From the NCBI GenBank assembly GCA_963822965.1, contig CAWGJT010000015.1, positions 64,001 through 128,000 on the forward strand: a stretch of 64,000 bases of DNA, in the 5' to 3' direction. Below the pieces are notes generated by a model. The model was not told the origin of the DNA. It was given only the letters and a program-made list of their open reading frames with translations, and made no database searches. Below, in pieces: positions 45,451-57,169 of this stretch. The DNA comes from an uncultured delta proteobacterium. GTDB lineage: Bacteria > Myxococcota_A > UBA9160 > UBA4427. Position 1 is the stretch's first letter, and each line of letters starts with the position of its first letter. The translations under genes were made by a program, and so were the position numbers.

Positions 45451-48375
45451 ATGCAGGACTTCTTCGACGCCGTGCGTGAGGAATGCAGCACCCGGATCTG
45501 GTCCCGGGCGGTGGAGCTCGCGCGCGCCGACGCCGTCATCGGCGAGCGGGACGACGACGACGAGGTCGTGCTGCGGGTCTCGACCCGGGGCGGCATGGTC
45601 TCGCCGACGGTCACCCTGTACCCGAACGAGACGGACTGGGAATGCGAGTGCAACACCTCGGAGCCCGTCTGCGAGCACGTGGCCGCCGCCGTCATCGCCC
45701 TGCGCCAGTCCCGCAAGGAGGGACAGCCGCTGCCCCGCCCGGCGGACGCGGCGGGCCGCCTCCGCTACGCGTTCACGCGCAGCGAAGGCGGCCTCTCGCT
45801 GCAGCGCTTCGTCGTGGTCGACGACCACGAGGAGCCGCTCCGCTCCACCCTCGACGCGGTGGCGTCGGGCCGCATCGACGGGCCCACGTTCACCGCCAGC
45901 TCCGCCGACGTCGCGGTCGAGCGCGCGCTGGGAGCGAAGCGCCGGGGCCCCATGGACCGGAACGCCATGCGTCGGCTCATCGAGCCCCTGTCCCGCTGCG
46001 AAGACGTGCTGCTGGACGGCACGAAGATCCGCGTCTCCAACGATCCGGCGGGACTGCACGGGCTGCTGGTGGACGCCGAGGGCGGTTTCACCCTCTCCGT
46101 CCGCGAGGACCCGAGCATCACCGAGCACTTCACGAACGACACCGTGCTATGTGGAGACGTGCTCAAGGCGGTGGGGCCTTCGGGGCTCACCGGGCGCGAG
46201 CTCGCGGACCTCCCCGGCGGCCGCTTCTTCCCCCACGACCGGGTGGCCGAGCTGGTCACCGAGGTGCTGCCCTCCCTGCAGGCGCGCATCCCCGTCGAGA
46301 TCCGTACCCGCAAGCTGCCGAAGACCGGTCGCGAACGGCCGCGCATCGTGGTCGACGTGCGAGAGCGACACGGGCAGCTCTCGGTGCTGGCCACCCTGGT
46401 CTACGGCGACCCGCCGGCGGCGCGGGTGGACGCCGGACGCCTCGTGCACCTGCGCGGGCTCATCCCGATTCGAGACGAAGTGATGGAGAAGGCCGAGATG
46501 CGTCGGCTTCGCGACGAGCTCGGCCTGGTGCCGGGACGCCGGCTCAACCTGTCCGGGGAGGAGGCGATCGCCTTCGCGCAGCGGCTGGAGGGCTGGCGAG
46601 GCCAGGTCGACGGCACGGCCCATCGGCTGTTCCGGCTCACCTCCCCCCTGGAGCCCCATCTCGAGATCGACGGCGAGCGGGTGCAGGTGTCGTTCGAGTC
46701 GCCGCTGCCGCCGGGCGAGACGACGGGAGATCGCGACGAGCGCTTCGCGGCACCCGAAGCGGTGATGCGTGCCTGGCGCGAGGGCACGTCCCTCGTGCGC
46801 CTGCGCGGGGGCGGCCTCGCGGCCCTGCCCGAGGACTGGCTGGAACGCTACGGGCACCGCATCGCCGACCTCCTCGCGGCGCGCGACCCCGGCGGCCGGG
46901 TGGCGACCCACTCCCTGCCCGACCTGGCGCGTCTGTGCGACGAGCTCGACTACCCGCCCCCGCCGAGCCTGGAGCGGCTCCAGCCCCTGCTCGACAGCTT
47001 CGAAGGCCTGCCGCGCGCCGAGCTTCCCGCCGACCTCGAAGGCTCGCTGCGCGACTACCAGCGTCACGGGCTGGACTGGCTCTGCTTCCTGCGCGACACC
47101 GGTCTGGGCGCACTGCTCGCAGACGACATGGGCCTGGGCAAGACCGTGCAGGCGCTCTGCGCCGTCCGGGGCCGCACGCTGGTGGTGGCGCCCACGAGCC
47201 TGCTCCACAACTGGCAGAGCGAGGCCCAGCGCTTCCGCCCGGGCCTGCGGGTGGACCTCTATCACGGCCCGGGCCGCAAGCTCGACCCGAAGGCGGATCT
47301 CACCCTCACGAGCTACGCGATCCTGCGGCTCGACGCCGCGGCCCTGGCGGCGGTGGACTGGGACGTGATCGTGATCGACGAGGCGCAGAACATCAAGAAC
47401 CCCGAGAGCCAGGTCGCCCAGGCCGCCTACGCCCTGCGCGGCGGCTTCCGCATCGCCCTCACCGGAACGCCGGTGGAGAACCGGCTCGACGAGCTGTGGA
47501 GCCAGCTGCACTTCCTGAACCGCGGCCTGCTCGGCGGACGCCGGGATTTTCGGGACCGCTATGCGAAGCGCATCGCGGAGGGCGACGTCGAGACGGGGGC
47601 GCGTCTGCGCGAACGGATCCGGCCCTTCGTGCTGCGCCGCCTCAAGCGCGACGTCGCTCCCGAGCTGCCGCCGCGCACCGAGGTGGTGCTGCGCTTCGAC
47701 CTCTCCGACGAGGAGCGTGAGGTGTACCGCGCGGTGGAGGCGGCCACGGTCCGGCCGGTGGTGGAGCGCCTGCAGGCCGGCGGCAGCGTGATCGCCGCCC
47801 TGGAGGCGCTGCTGCGGCTGCGGCAGGCGGCCTGCCACAGTGCGCTGGTCCCCGGCCAGCAGGCCGAGGGCTCGTCGAAGGTCGACCTGCTGCTGGCGCG
47901 CATCGAGCAGGCCGTCGACGACGGCCACAAGGCCCTGGTGTTCAGCCAGTGGACCTCGCTGCTCGATCGCGTGGAGCCCCACCTGGGCCGCGCCCGGGTG
48001 GACTTCGCGCGGCTCGACGGCACCACCCGGGAGCGGGGCGAGGTGGTGGAGCGCTTCCAGGACGACGACGGGCCGCCCGTGATGCTGGTGTCGCTCAAGG
48101 CCGGCGGCACCGGCCTGAACCTCACCGCTGCGGATCACATCTTCCTGCTCGATCCCTGGTGGAATCCCGCCGTCGAGGACCAGGCGGCGGACCGGGCGCA
48201 CCGCATCGGGCAGACGCGCCCGGTGGTGGTGCACCGGCTGATCGCGCGTGACACCGTGGAGGAACGCATCCTCGAGCTGCACGCGCGCAAGCGCGCGCTG
48301 AGCGACGTGGCGCTGGGCGGCAGCGGACAGGCCGAGGGACTCACCCGCGACGACCTGCTCGCTCTGCTCTCCTGA
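45451..48375 (+). CDS. SWIM-SNF2 family DEAD/DEAH helicase
   Basis: [64 protein letters not shown]. Confidence 0.95.
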   Translation: MQDFFDAVREECSTRIWSRAVELARADAVIGERDDDDEVVLRVSTRGGMVSPTVTLYPNETDWECECNTSEPVCEHVAAAVIALRQSRKEGQPLPRPADAAGRLRYAFTRSEGGLSLQRFVVVDDHEEPLRSTLDAVASGRIDGPTFTASSADVAVERALGAKRRGPMDRNAMRRLIEPLSRCEDVLLDGTKIRVSNDPAGLHGLLVDAEGGFTLSVREDPSITEHFTNDTVLCGDVLKAVGPSGLTGRELADLPGGRFFPHDRVAELVTEVLPSLQARIPVEIRTRKLPKTGRERPRIVVDVRERHGQLSVLATLVYGDPPAARVDAGRLVHLRGLIPIRDEVMEKAEMRRLRDELGLVPGRRLNLSGEEAIAFAQRLEGWRGQVDGTAHRLFRLTSPLEPHLEIDGERVQVSFESPLPPGETTGDRDERFAAPEAVMRAWREGTSLVRLRGGGLAALPEDWLERYGHRIADLLAARDPGGRVATHSLPDLARLCDELDYPPPPSLERLQPLLDSFEGLPRAELPADLEGSLRDYQRHGLDWLCFLRDTGLGALLADDMGLGKTVQALCAVRGRTLVVAPTSLLHNWQSEAQRFRPGLRVDLYHGPGRKLDPKADLTLTSYAILRLDAAALAAVDWDVIVIDEAQNIKNPESQVAQAAYALRGGFRIALTGTPVENRLDELWSQLHFLNRGLLGGRRDFRDRYAKRIAEGDVETGARLRERIRPFVLRRLKRDVAPELPPRTEVVLRFDLSDEEREVYRAVEAATVRPVVERLQAGGSVIAALEALLRLRQAACHSALVPGQQAEGSSKVDLLLARIEQAVDDGHKALVFSQWTSLLDRVEPHLGRARVDFARLDGTTRERGEVVERFQDDDGPPVMLVSLKAGGTGLNLTAADHIFLLDPWWNPAVEDQAADRAHRIGQTRPVVVHRLIARDTVEERILELHARKRALSDVALGGSGQAEGLTRDDLLALLS

Positions 48376-48485
48376 GATCCGGAGCCTGACACCGGGACCG
48401 GACGCGCCGAGCCCGACACAGCGGGTCGCCCGGCCACGGGACGTGTCGCCCTCCCGTGCGGCGCCCGGTAAGCTCCGAGCCACCC

Positions 48486-49406
48486 ATGCAGCCCCCGTCC
48501 TTTCCCGACGCCCGGGGCCCCGCACGCAGCCGAACGGTGGAATCCCTGGGGATCCGCCTGCAGGTCCACGAGTGGGGCGATCCGCAAGACACGCCCATCC
48601 TGCTCTGCCACGGGATGTTCGATCACGGCCGCGGCTTCGATCGACTGGCGCCGCTGCTCGCTGACGAGCTGCACGTGTTGGCCCTCGACGCTCGGGGCCA
48701 CGGAGACTCGGACTGGGCCGAGTCGTACGTCTGGGACAACGACGTGATCGACATCGTGAACGTGTTCCGGTCCCTGGGACGCCCGGGCTTCCTGCTCGGC
48801 CACAGCAAGGGCGGCAGCCAGGTGGTCGAGGCCGCCATCCACCTGGCGGACGAGGTGCTGGGCGTCGTGAATCTCGACGGCTTCGGCCCCCCGCCGGAGG
48901 GCTTCGAGCATCCCCGGCACCGGGACGATTCCGGTAGGAGCCTGCCCGCACGCTTCGCGCAGTTCCTCGACTATCGCCGCAGCGCGGCCTCGAGCCGCAG
49001 CTGGCGCGCCTACGACAGCCTGGAGTCGCTGGTGGAGCGACGCCGGCAGCAGAACCCGCGTCTCACGTCCGAGTGGCTGCGCTACTTCCTCTATCACGGG
49101 GCGCGACGGGACGAGGACGGCTGGCGATGGAAGGTCGACCCCCACGCGGGCGGGGGCTTCGGGCCGTGGCGTCCGGACTGGATCGCCGATCAGTACGCGC
49201 GGCTGCGGGTGCCCCTGCTGGCCGTGGTGGGATCCGTCGAGGACACCTGGGGACCGCTCCCCGAGGCCCTGCTGTCGGAGCGCCTGGCCGGCGTGCACGA
49301 GCTCGAGCGCGCGGTGGTGGAGGGCGCGGGGCACTTCATCCACATGGAAGAGCCCCAGGCGACGGCCCGGCTCGTGCTCGAGTTCACCCGGCGGTACGCC
49401 CGATGA
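48486..49406 (+). CDS. Alpha/beta hydrolase
   Basis: HGMFDH, DARGHGDS, GHSKGG, GHFIHMEEP. Confidence 0.92.
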   Translation: MQPPSFPDARGPARSRTVESLGIRLQVHEWGDPQDTPILLCHGMFDHGRGFDRLAPLLADELHVLALDARGHGDSDWAESYVWDNDVIDIVNVFRSLGRPGFLLGHSKGGSQVVEAAIHLADEVLGVVNLDGFGPPPEGFEHPRHRDDSGRSLPARFAQFLDYRRSAASSRSWRAYDSLESLVERRRQQNPRLTSEWLRYFLYHGARRDEDGWRWKVDPHAGGGFGPWRPDWIADQYARLRVPLLAVVGSVEDTWGPLPEALLSERLAGVHELERAVVEGAGHFIHMEEPQATARLVLEFTRRYAR

Positions 49407-50095
49407 AGGGCACCCGAACCCTCTACCACGGCCGCGTGGCGCTGGCGCTCCACCCGCTGGCCCGGCGAAGGCGCGACGCGCCCGGGCTCCTGCTGCTGCA
49501 TGCGCTCGGGGGCTCGAGCGCCGACTGGACCGGCGCGGCGGACGCCTGGCCCGGCGACGTCTTCGCCCTCGACTTCTCGGGCCACGGCCAGTCGGACTGG
49601 CTGCGGGGTCACGGCTACTCGCCGGAGGGGTACGGGGCGGAGGCGGACGCGGCGCTCGCCACGCTGGCGGAGACGGCGCCGATCCATCTCGCCGGCGCCG
49701 GAATCGGTGCCTACGTGGCCCTGCTGCTCGCCGCCGCACGACGGAAGCACGTGCGAGGCGTCCTGCTGCTGCCCGGAGCCGGGCTCGCCGGGGGCGGCGC
49801 CCTGCCCGGCGAGGTGGACGCCGGGACGGCAGCGGTCTTCCGGTCCTGGCTGGTGGCACCCGAACGAGAGGCGGGCGGCCACGCGTTCGATCCCCAGGTG
49901 AGCCGCTGCGACCACGACCTCCGCCCCGTCGACTATGCCGAGGCCTTCGCCCGCGAGGCACCGCCGCTGTGGGTGGGCGAGATCGCCGACCCGCCGCCCT
50001 GGCTCGCAGCGACGATCCGCGCCGCGAAGGCGCGCATCGTCCCGGCCGAGCCGGCGGCGGCCATCCGCGCGATGGCGGAAGGCGCCATCGAATGA
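49403..50095 (+). CDS. Alpha/beta hydrolase-fold protein lacking the nucleophilic Ser
   Basis: ATGA overlap; LLLHALGG, LDFSGHGQS; elbow reads GAGIG instead of GxSxG. Confidence 0.8.
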   Translation: MKGTRTLYHGRVALALHPLARRRRDAPGLLLLHALGGSSADWTGAADAWPGDVFALDFSGHGQSDWLRGHGYSPEGYGAEADAALATLAETAPIHLAGAGIGAYVALLLAAARRKHVRGVLLLPGAGLAGGGALPGEVDAGTAAVFRSWLVAPEREAGGHAFDPQVSRCDHDLRPVDYAEAFAREAPPLWVGEIADPPPWLAATIRAAKARIVPAEPAAAIRAMAEGAIE

Positions 50096-50147
50096 CGGCC
50101 CCGCCGCCGGCTCGCCGAGCGCGCGGGTGGTAGGCTCCGGCTCCGCC

Positions 50148-50804
50148 ATGCTCGAGCGAACGATCCTCACCCTGGTCCGCCACGGACAGACCTCCGCGAA
50201 CCAGGACGGGGTGTGGCACGGCTCTTCGGACACGCCCCTCACCGCGCACGGCGAGTGCCAGGCGGAGCGGGTGGCCGAGTTCCTGTCGGGCGCGCCCCAC
50301 CGCGAGGCGGTGGTCGTGTACGCGAGCCCGCTCCAGCGCGCACGCCACACGGCCCGTCCCATCGCCGAGCGCCTCGGGCTCGAGGTGCGGGTGGAGCCCG
50401 ACCTCGCCGAGTACGACATCGGCGCCTGGGAGGGAATGAGCTTCCGCGAGCTGCACGAGGTACACGGCTTGTGGGAGAAGATCGCCCGCGACCCGGACTT
50501 CGCACCGCACGGCGGGGAGTCTCCGCGACAGGTCGCCACGCGCATGGCGAGCTGCCTGCGGCGGATCGCCGAGGCGCATCCGCGCCAGCGCGTGATCGCC
50601 GTGAGCCACGGTGGCGCCCTCGCCATCGGGCTGGCCGCGCTGCTGGCCGCGGAGCCGGCCGCGGAGCCGGCCGCGGAGCCGGCCGGGGCCGGGGCGCCGG
50701 GCTTCACGCGCGTGATGCGCAACTGCGGCGTGAGCGAGCTGGTGATCGAGCCCCGTCCCGAGCTGCTCTGCTTCGACCTGGACGGCCACCTGGAAGGTCT
50801 GTAG
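50148..50804 (+). CDS. Histidine phosphatase family protein
   Basis: [26 protein letters not shown]; internal 12-bp AAEP repeat x3. Confidence 0.92.
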   Translation: MLERTILTLVRHGQTSANQDGVWHGSSDTPLTAHGECQAERVAEFLSGAPHREAVVVYASPLQRARHTARPIAERLGLEVRVEPDLAEYDIGAWEGMSFRELHEVHGLWEKIARDPDFAPHGGESPRQVATRMASCLRRIAEAHPRQRVIAVSHGGALAIGLAALLAAEPAAEPAAEPAGAGAPGFTRVMRNCGVSELVIEPRPELLCFDLDGHLEGL

Positions 50805-53279
50805 TGCCCGCACGCGTGACGGGACGGCTGCCGCGGCGAGGGCCGGCCCGCCGGCTCGCTCGCCTGACGCTCGCGGCGCTCATCGCCCTGCCCTCCCTGG
50901 CGGCAGCCACCTCGGAGCCCGACCCGGCGGTCGCGCGCAACCACCTGGCAGGCGAGGCCAGCCCCTACCTGCAGCTCCACGCCCGCAACCCGGTGGACTG
51001 GTATCCGTGGGGACCCGAGGCGTTCGCGCGCGCGCGCCGGGAGAACAAGCCCATCTTTCTCTCGGTGGGATACAGCACCTGCTACTGGTGCCACGTGATG
51101 GAGCGCCGGGTGTTCTCGGATGCGGCCATCGCGCGGCAGATGAACGCATCCTTCGTGAACGTGAAGGTCGACCGCGAAGAGCGCCCCGACGTGGACGAGC
51201 TCTACCTGCGCGCCACCGGGCTGCTGACGGGTGCCGGCGGCTGGCCCAACTCGGTCTTCCTGACGCCCGAGGGCCAGCCCTTCTTCGCCGGCAGCTACTT
51301 CCCGCCCGTGCCCGACCACGGTCGTCCGGCCTTCCCGGACGTGCTGCGCGAGATCGCCATGCGTTGGAAGGAGCAGGAGGACTCGCTGCGGGCGCGGGCG
51401 GCGCAGGTGGCCGCCGCCCTGGCCGGGTCCTACGAGCCGGAGTCCGCCGCCCCCGCATCGCTGGACACCGGGGCGCTGCTCGCCCGGGCCGTGGAGACCC
51501 TCGCCGTGCGCTTCGACGCCGACCACGGCGGCTTCGGCGGGCGGGCCCACTTCCCGGAGGCCCCGACCCTCGAGCTGCTGCTGGCGGCCCACTCCTCCGG
51601 CCGCGCCGACGCGACGCGCATGCTGCGCAAGACCCTCGACGAGATGGCCTGGGGCGGCATCCGCGACCACCTGGCGGGCGGCTTCCATCGCTATTCGACG
51701 GAGCCCACCTGGTCGCAGCCGCACTTCGAGAAGATGCTCTACGACAACGCCCAGCTGCTGGGCCTGTACGCCCGGGCCTCCCAGACGTTCCAGGACCCGC
51801 TCTACCGGGCGGTGGCCGAGGACGTGAGCGACTGGCTCGCCCGCGAGATGAGCGACCCGCAAGGCGGCCTCTACGCGGCGCTCGACGCGGAGGTGGACGG
51901 CCGCGAGGGCGGCCCGTACCTGTGGACCGAGACGCAGGTGGCCGCCGTGCTGGGACGGGAGGCGGCCGCCGAGTGGCTCGGCGTGTACGAGCTGGTGCCC
52001 GTGGACGAGCTCGCGGCGGGCGGCGCGGTGCGGCTGCGACGTCCGGTGGCGGCGAGCCTGGCGCGCACGGGCCTGCCGGACGTCGCCCGGCTCGAGGCGC
52101 GCTTCGCGGACGCCCGCTCGCGGCTGCGGGCCGCCCGCGACGCGCGTCCCCAGCCGCGTCGCGACGACAAGGTGCTGGCCGCCTGGAACGGCCTGGCGAT
52201 CCGCGGGCTCGTGACCGCCGGCGTGGCGCTGGGTCGGCCGGGCGACATCGAGCGGGCCCGCCGTGCGGCGCGCTTCGTCCTCGTCCGGCTGGTGGACGAA
52301 GACGGCCGCCTGCACCGCTCCTTCGTGGCGGGGAGCCGGCGCGAGGACGCCGTGCTCGACGACTACGCCTTCGTCACCGACGGCCTGCTCGCGCTGTACC
52401 GGGCGACCGGGGAGGCGACGTGGCTGACCAGCGCCCGCGCCCTCGCCGACCGCATGCTGGCCGACTACGAGGGGCCCGACCGCGCGGGGTTCCTGCTGTG
52501 CGCGCGTTCCGCACCCGCGGCGGAGGAGCTCTTCGTGCGGCCGCGCGTGCTGGAGGACGGCGTGATGCCGGCGGGAAACGCGGTGGCCCTGGGCGTCCTG
52601 CAGGAGCTCGCCGCGCTCACGGGCGACGCGCGCTATCGCGAGGCCGCCGCGCGCACCCGCACCGCCTTCGTCCCCCTGCTGCAGACCGAGCCGGCCGCCG
52701 TGGGCACGGCGCTCCGCGTGCTCGCCGCGGCGCCCGGCGCGGGCGGCTCGAAGAAGCCCGGGGCGCGAGACCCGGCCCGAGAAGCGCCACGCGGCCGCTC
52801 CCGGCCTCGAGCGCCTACCCACGGGTCGCGACTTCGTGCACGCCGACGTGGAGCGCCGCGGCGACGAAGGCGCGCTCGTGGTGCGCCTGCGCATCGCGCC
52901 GGGATGGCACGTGAACGCGAACCCGGCGAGCCTCGAGTTCCTGATCCCGACGCAGGTCGGGTCCGCGGACCCCGAAGCCGAGATCGAGGTGGTCTATCCC
53001 CCAGGCTCGCGCTACCACCCGCGCTTCAGCCTCGAGCCGCTCGCGGTCTACGAAGGAGAGGTGGAGATCCACGTGCGGCCGCGAAACGGTCCGACCGCGG
53101 GCTCCGGCCTCGGCCTCACCTTCCAGGCGTGCGACGCGAGCACGTGCCTGCCCCCGGAGACGCTGCACCTCGAGGTCCCCGGAGAGCTTCACCCGGACGT
53201 GCCCGAGGCGAGGCGCACCCCGGGCACCACGCCCGAAGCGCAGAGACCCGGTACACAGAAGAGAGGAGGTGCTTCGTGA
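50804..53279 (+). CDS. DUF255/YyaL (SPATA20-like) thioredoxin-domain protein with C-terminal DsbD-N-like domain; frameshift near 52760-52763
   Basis: [55 protein letters not shown]; after removing one [11 protein letters not shown]...[12 protein letters not shown]. Confidence 0.85.
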
Positions 53280-54016
53280 GATCCCTACGAGTGGGCGTCA
53301 TCGGCGCCGGCGTGATGGGCAGCGGCATCGCCCAGAGCATCGCCACCGCCGGCATGACCACGCGCTGCTACGACCCGGACCGCGAAGCCCTGTCTCGCGC
53401 CCGCGAGGCGGTGCGCTCGGGTCGCTACGGCGTGGAGCGCGGCGTCGCACGGGGGAAGATCAGCCAGGAGGAGGCCGCGGAGAGCCTCGCGCGGCTGGAG
53501 TTCGTGGACGACTTCGAGGTGGCGGCCGACGCGGACCTGGTGATCGAGTGCGTCCCGGAGAAGCTCGACCTCAAGATCGCCACGTTCCGGAAGCTGGACG
53601 AGGCGTCGCCGGCCGACGCCATCCTGGCGTCGAACACGTCGGGGTTTCCGATCTCGGCCCTCGCGGCCGCCACGGATCGCCCCGGCCGCGTGGTGGGCTG
53701 GCACTGGGCCTCGCCGCCGGTGGTGATGCGCTTCGCGGAGATCGTGCGCACGCCGGCCAGCGACGAGGCGGTCGTCGAGCGCGTGTGCGAGATCGCGAGG
53801 GCGTGCGGCAAGAACCCGATCGTGGTCCGCGACAACCCGATGGCGTGGGGCTTCGTGGCGAACCGGATCTACGCCGCGATGCTGCGGGAGGCCGGCCAGG
53901 TGGTCGCCGAGGGCGTCGCCTCCCAGGACGACGTGAACCAGCTGATGGTCGACTGCTTCAACTGGCCCGTCGGCCCCTACGGCATGGTGAAGGGCGCGAG
54001 CCAGGGCTGGAAGTAG
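53276..54016 (+). CDS. 3-hydroxyacyl-CoA dehydrogenase family protein
   Basis: AGGAGGT RBS then [38 protein letters not shown]. Confidence 0.92.
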   Translation: MRSLRVGVIGAGVMGSGIAQSIATAGMTTRCYDPDREALSRAREAVRSGRYGVERGVARGKISQEEAAESLARLEFVDDFEVAADADLVIECVPEKLDLKIATFRKLDEASPADAILASNTSGFPISALAAATDRPGRVVGWHWASPPVVMRFAEIVRTPASDEAVVERVCEIARACGKNPIVVRDNPMAWGFVANRIYAAMLREAGQVVAEGVASQDDVNQLMVDCFNWPVGPYGMVKGASQGWK

Positions 54017-54033
54017 CCGCCTCGGTCGCGAGG

Positions 54034-54234
54034 TCAGCGGTCGTCGTCGTTACCCGTCGGGAAGCCGTAGCCCGCCATGTCGTCCACGGTGGCGACACGG
54101 TCGGCGGGCCCCTCGTCGTCCTCGGGAGACGATTCGCGGCGCATCTTCATCTGATCCCGCTTGAGGGCGGCCTTCTCGGCCTTCTTCACTTCTCGTTGTC
54201 GCTTCAGGACGCCAGTCTTGCCTTTCTTCGCCAT
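54034..54234 (-). CDS. Small basic hypothetical protein
   Basis: GAGGA RBS; MAKKGKTGVLKRQREVKKAEKAALKR. Confidence 0.7.
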   Translation of the reverse strand: MAKKGKTGVLKRQREVKKAEKAALKRDQMKMRRESSPEDDEGPADRVATVDDMAGYGFPTGNDDDR

Positions 54235-54601
54235 GGGATCTTCCTCGTGCGGGTGTTGCGGTTGTCGCTGCGGGCCTCTCCGGATCGCTCCGGCTGGCGC
54301 AGATCACACGTGGGCCGTTTCGTGCACGGGCCGGCTCTCGCCGCCGGCTCGAAGCTCCGGTCTCGAGGGGGGATCGGCGCGTTCGTCGATCGGCGCCGAT
54401 CTCGAGGAGGAGCCGTCCGCTGGGCTCGCGCGCCGCGATCCCCCGGCGATCTGACACCCGTCGCCGGGATTCCGGGGCGCTTCTGCCCGATGCTGCTGGT
54501 GCGGCAGCCTACCACACGCCGGCGCCGTCCGGCTTCGAAACTTGAAACCTTTTCGAAATCGGCTAGATACGGGGTTCGCGAGCGTAGGGGGGCAGGTTCC
54601 G

Positions 54602-55366
54602 ATGACGATTCCCGAGGGGCCCGCGCTCTCCCACGCGGGCGCCCACGACCACGATCACGACCACGATCACGACCGCGGCTACGAGAACGAGCACGCCGGC
54701 GATCCCCAGAGCGGGATCCTGCGGGCCAGCATCTTCGGGGTCTCCGACGGTCTCGTCTCGAACCTGGCCCTGGTGATGGGCGTGGCGGGCGGATCGGCGG
54801 ACCCGGGGATGGTGGTGCTGGCCGGCGTGGCGGGCCTGCTGGCGGGCGCGTTCTCCATGGGCGCCGGCGAGTACATCTCCATGCAGACCCAGCGCGAGAT
54901 GCTCGAGCGCGAGCTCGCCGTCGAGCGGGAGCACATCGAGAACTACCCGCAGGAGGAGGAGGCCCACCTGGCCGAGCTGCTGGCGCAGAACGGCCTCGAG
55001 CGCGACGACGCGCGGCGCGTGGCCGCGCAGGTGCACCGCCGCGTGGGCCGGGCCGTCGACTTCCACGCCGTCTTCGAGCTGGGAATCCATCCCAATTCCC
55101 TGGGCGCGCCGCGGGGAGCGGCCTTCTGGTCGTTCGTCTCCTTCTCGCTCGGCGCGATCGTGCCGCTGCTGCCCTGGCTGGTGACCCCGCACGCTCTCGT
55201 CCCGACGATGGTGCTCTCGGGGGTGGCGCTGCTCGCCGTGGGCGCCCTGGCCACCCGCTTGACCCATCAGACCGCCTGGTACGGAGCCACCCGACAGTTC
55301 GGGGTCGGCGCCCTGTCCGCCGCCGTCACCTACGGCGTGGGTCTCCTCATCGGGTTCTCGGTCTAG
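54602..55366 (+). CDS. VIT1/CCC1 family Fe/Mn transporter with His-Asp-rich N-terminus
   Basis: HDHDHDHDHD; LRASIFGVSDGLVSN, AFSMGAGEYIS. Confidence 0.92.
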   Translation: MTIPEGPALSHAGAHDHDHDHDHDRGYENEHAGDPQSGILRASIFGVSDGLVSNLALVMGVAGGSADPGMVVLAGVAGLLAGAFSMGAGEYISMQTQREMLERELAVEREHIENYPQEEEAHLAELLAQNGLERDDARRVAAQVHRRVGRAVDFHAVFELGIHPNSLGAPRGAAFWSFVSFSLGAIVPLLPWLVTPHALVPTMVLSGVALLAVGALATRLTHQTAWYGATRQFGVGALSAAVTYGVGLLIGFSV

Positions 55367-55375
55367 AGCGGGGCT

Positions 55376-56185
55376 CTAGACCGGATTGCGGGCGCGCCGC
55401 CGCAGGGCCAGGACGACCAGCAGGGCCGCGTAGCTCCAGCGCGGCCCGGGCTCGGGGACGAGATGCAGCACCGCCTGGCGGGCGGCGACGGCACGTCGCG
55501 CCATGCCGGCCGAGCTCATGTGGAGGCCGTCGCTCAGGTAGTCGCCGGCGACGAAGCCGGTCGTGAAGTCCACCAGCGATTCCGGGGCGAAGCGCAGGGC
55601 CAGCTCGGCGTTCAGGTCATCCGCCAGGTCGTTGATGGCGAGGTCCTGGGGCGGCAGCCGATAGGGTGTGGTGGCGACGAGCACCAGCGCTCCGCTCTGC
55701 TCCGCCTGCAACGCCAGGGACTCGATCTGGTCGGCGAGTGCGCACCGCTGTGGGATCGTCGGTCAGCAGGTGGCTGGGGTTGTTCAGCGCGAACCAGAGA
55801 TCGTTGGTGCCGTACGCGAGGATGAGGACGTCCACGAGCGGATCGGCCAGCGCGGCGTCGAGCTGCCCCTGGCCCTGGAAGTACGCCTGGCCGGTGTCGT
55901 TCGGGGACGCCGTCGCGCCGGACCAGCCGCAGTTGACCGAGGTCAGCAGTCGTCCGCCAGCCGCTCGCACCAGCCGTCTTCCGTGGGAAAGCCGTCCGGT
56001 CGGTTGATCTGCCAGTCCGACTCGGTGTTCGAGTTTCCGAGACACGCGACCCGGACGGCACCCGTCCCCCACGGTGCGCGGCAGACGCCCGGTGGAGCCT
56101 GCGCCCAGGTCGCGCGGGAGCCTGCGAGACAGACGACGAGCCCGATCCCGAATCGCAGCCTCCACGCCCCGCTCGCGCCACGCAT
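55376..56185 (-). pseudogene. SGNH/GDSL hydrolase with PEP-CTERM tail, split by two frameshifts (pseudogene or sequencing error)
   Basis: Blocks lie in three frames: CLGNSNT | GWSGAT..AYGTND | DGLH..VPEP-TM-RRRAR; shifts near 55955 and 55740. Confidence 0.75.
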
Positions 56186-56319
56186 CCGATCCGCCTCCCA
56201 AGCCCGACGAGCCCGCCGCGGCAGGCCCCACGAGCCGACGACGGCCGCTCCGAGGAGCCCACGCGGCAGCCGCGACCGCTCGACGCGGCCGCAGCGCTAC
56301 CGGGGTGGCGACGAACCCA

Positions 56320-56970
56320 CTAGAAGTTGTATTGGATTCCGAGGGTGAGGTTGCGGGTGTCGGCCTTGCTCCAGTAGCCCGTCCCGGTCAACCACTCGTA
56401 GCCGAAGCTCACCGCCATCTGCTCGGTCACGTAGAAGTCGGTCCCCGCGCCGAGCCGGAAGGCGCCGTTCAGCTGGTAGTCGTCACCGCTGGGGTCGCCG
56501 CCGATCACACCCGCACCGGCCACCAGGTAGGGCTGCAGGCGCTTGGGGAAGATGCCCCAGACGCTGTCCAGACCGGGGCCCATGCGGTCGAACAGGGTCT
56601 CTCCGGTCATTTCGGTGTAGTCGATCTGGCTCGGGTAGATGCGGAGGTTGGCGGTCGTCGTCCAGCGGTCGGACTTGCGCCAGGCCTTCAGGTTCACCCA
56701 GTCGCCCTGCAGCTCGATGGCGACGGGTGCCCCGATGCGGAAGCCCGCACGGGCGGTGACGCCGCCGTCCACGTCCGCCGAGCCCCAGTTCCAGAGCCAC
56801 AGGTCGCCACGGTCGTCGAACGCCGCCAGGCCCGAGACCGCCAGGTAGCCGAACGGGTCTCCGACCCCGAACTCGCTGTCGGCGCTGGCGACGCCGGCTG
56901 CCGCCAGCAGGACGGAGCCAGCGACCAGCAGCAGAACCAGGACGCGCAGACCGTGCACTCGCGTGCGCAT
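56320..56970 (-). CDS. Small outer-membrane beta-barrel (OmpA-like membrane domain) protein
   Basis: Signal peptide; LQPYLVAGAG, FRLGAGTDFY, terminal LGIQYNF. Confidence 0.85.
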   Translation of the reverse strand: MRTRVHGLRVLVLLLVAGSVLLAAAGVASADSEFGVGDPFGYLAVSGLAAFDDRGDLWLWNWGSADVDGGVTARAGFRIGAPVAIELQGDWVNLKAWRKSDRWTTTANLRIYPSQIDYTEMTGETLFDRMGPGLDSVWGIFPKRLQPYLVAGAGVIGGDPSGDDYQLNGAFRLGAGTDFYVTEQMAVSFGYEWLTGTGYWSKADTRNLTLGIQYNF

Positions 56971-57169
56971 AGCGGATCAATCCTCCGGGCCGGGTCGCGG
57001 TCGTACCTCGCCGGGGTCTCATCCCACGCCCGCCCACTGCCCGGGATGAGGGGATAACAACCCTCTGGAGGCCCTTGCGGCCTGGAGCAGCCTATCACCA
57101 TTCCGGTCGGGAAGTTGAGAAAATTTGTTGCCGGTCGGCGCGGGCTTTCGACCGCGAAACGGACCCTGC

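Noticed and set aside
40217..46483. 2088-aa ORF and similar long Arg/Pro/Ala-rich ORFs (e.g. 46147-48951, 49190-52894, 60617-63949, the 5' part of 308-4093)
   Set aside because: Shadow frames of real genes in high-GC DNA with no recognisable motifs
45451..48375. Anti-phage defence system built on the SNF2 helicase
   Set aside because: Ordinary SWIM-SNF2 architecture with no nuclease or DNA methylase neighbours
50213..54016. 1267-aa DUF255 / 3-hydroxyacyl-CoA dehydrogenase fusion in the ORF track
   Set aside because: Artefact of the frameshift near 52761; the dehydrogenase has its own strong RBS and GTG at 53276
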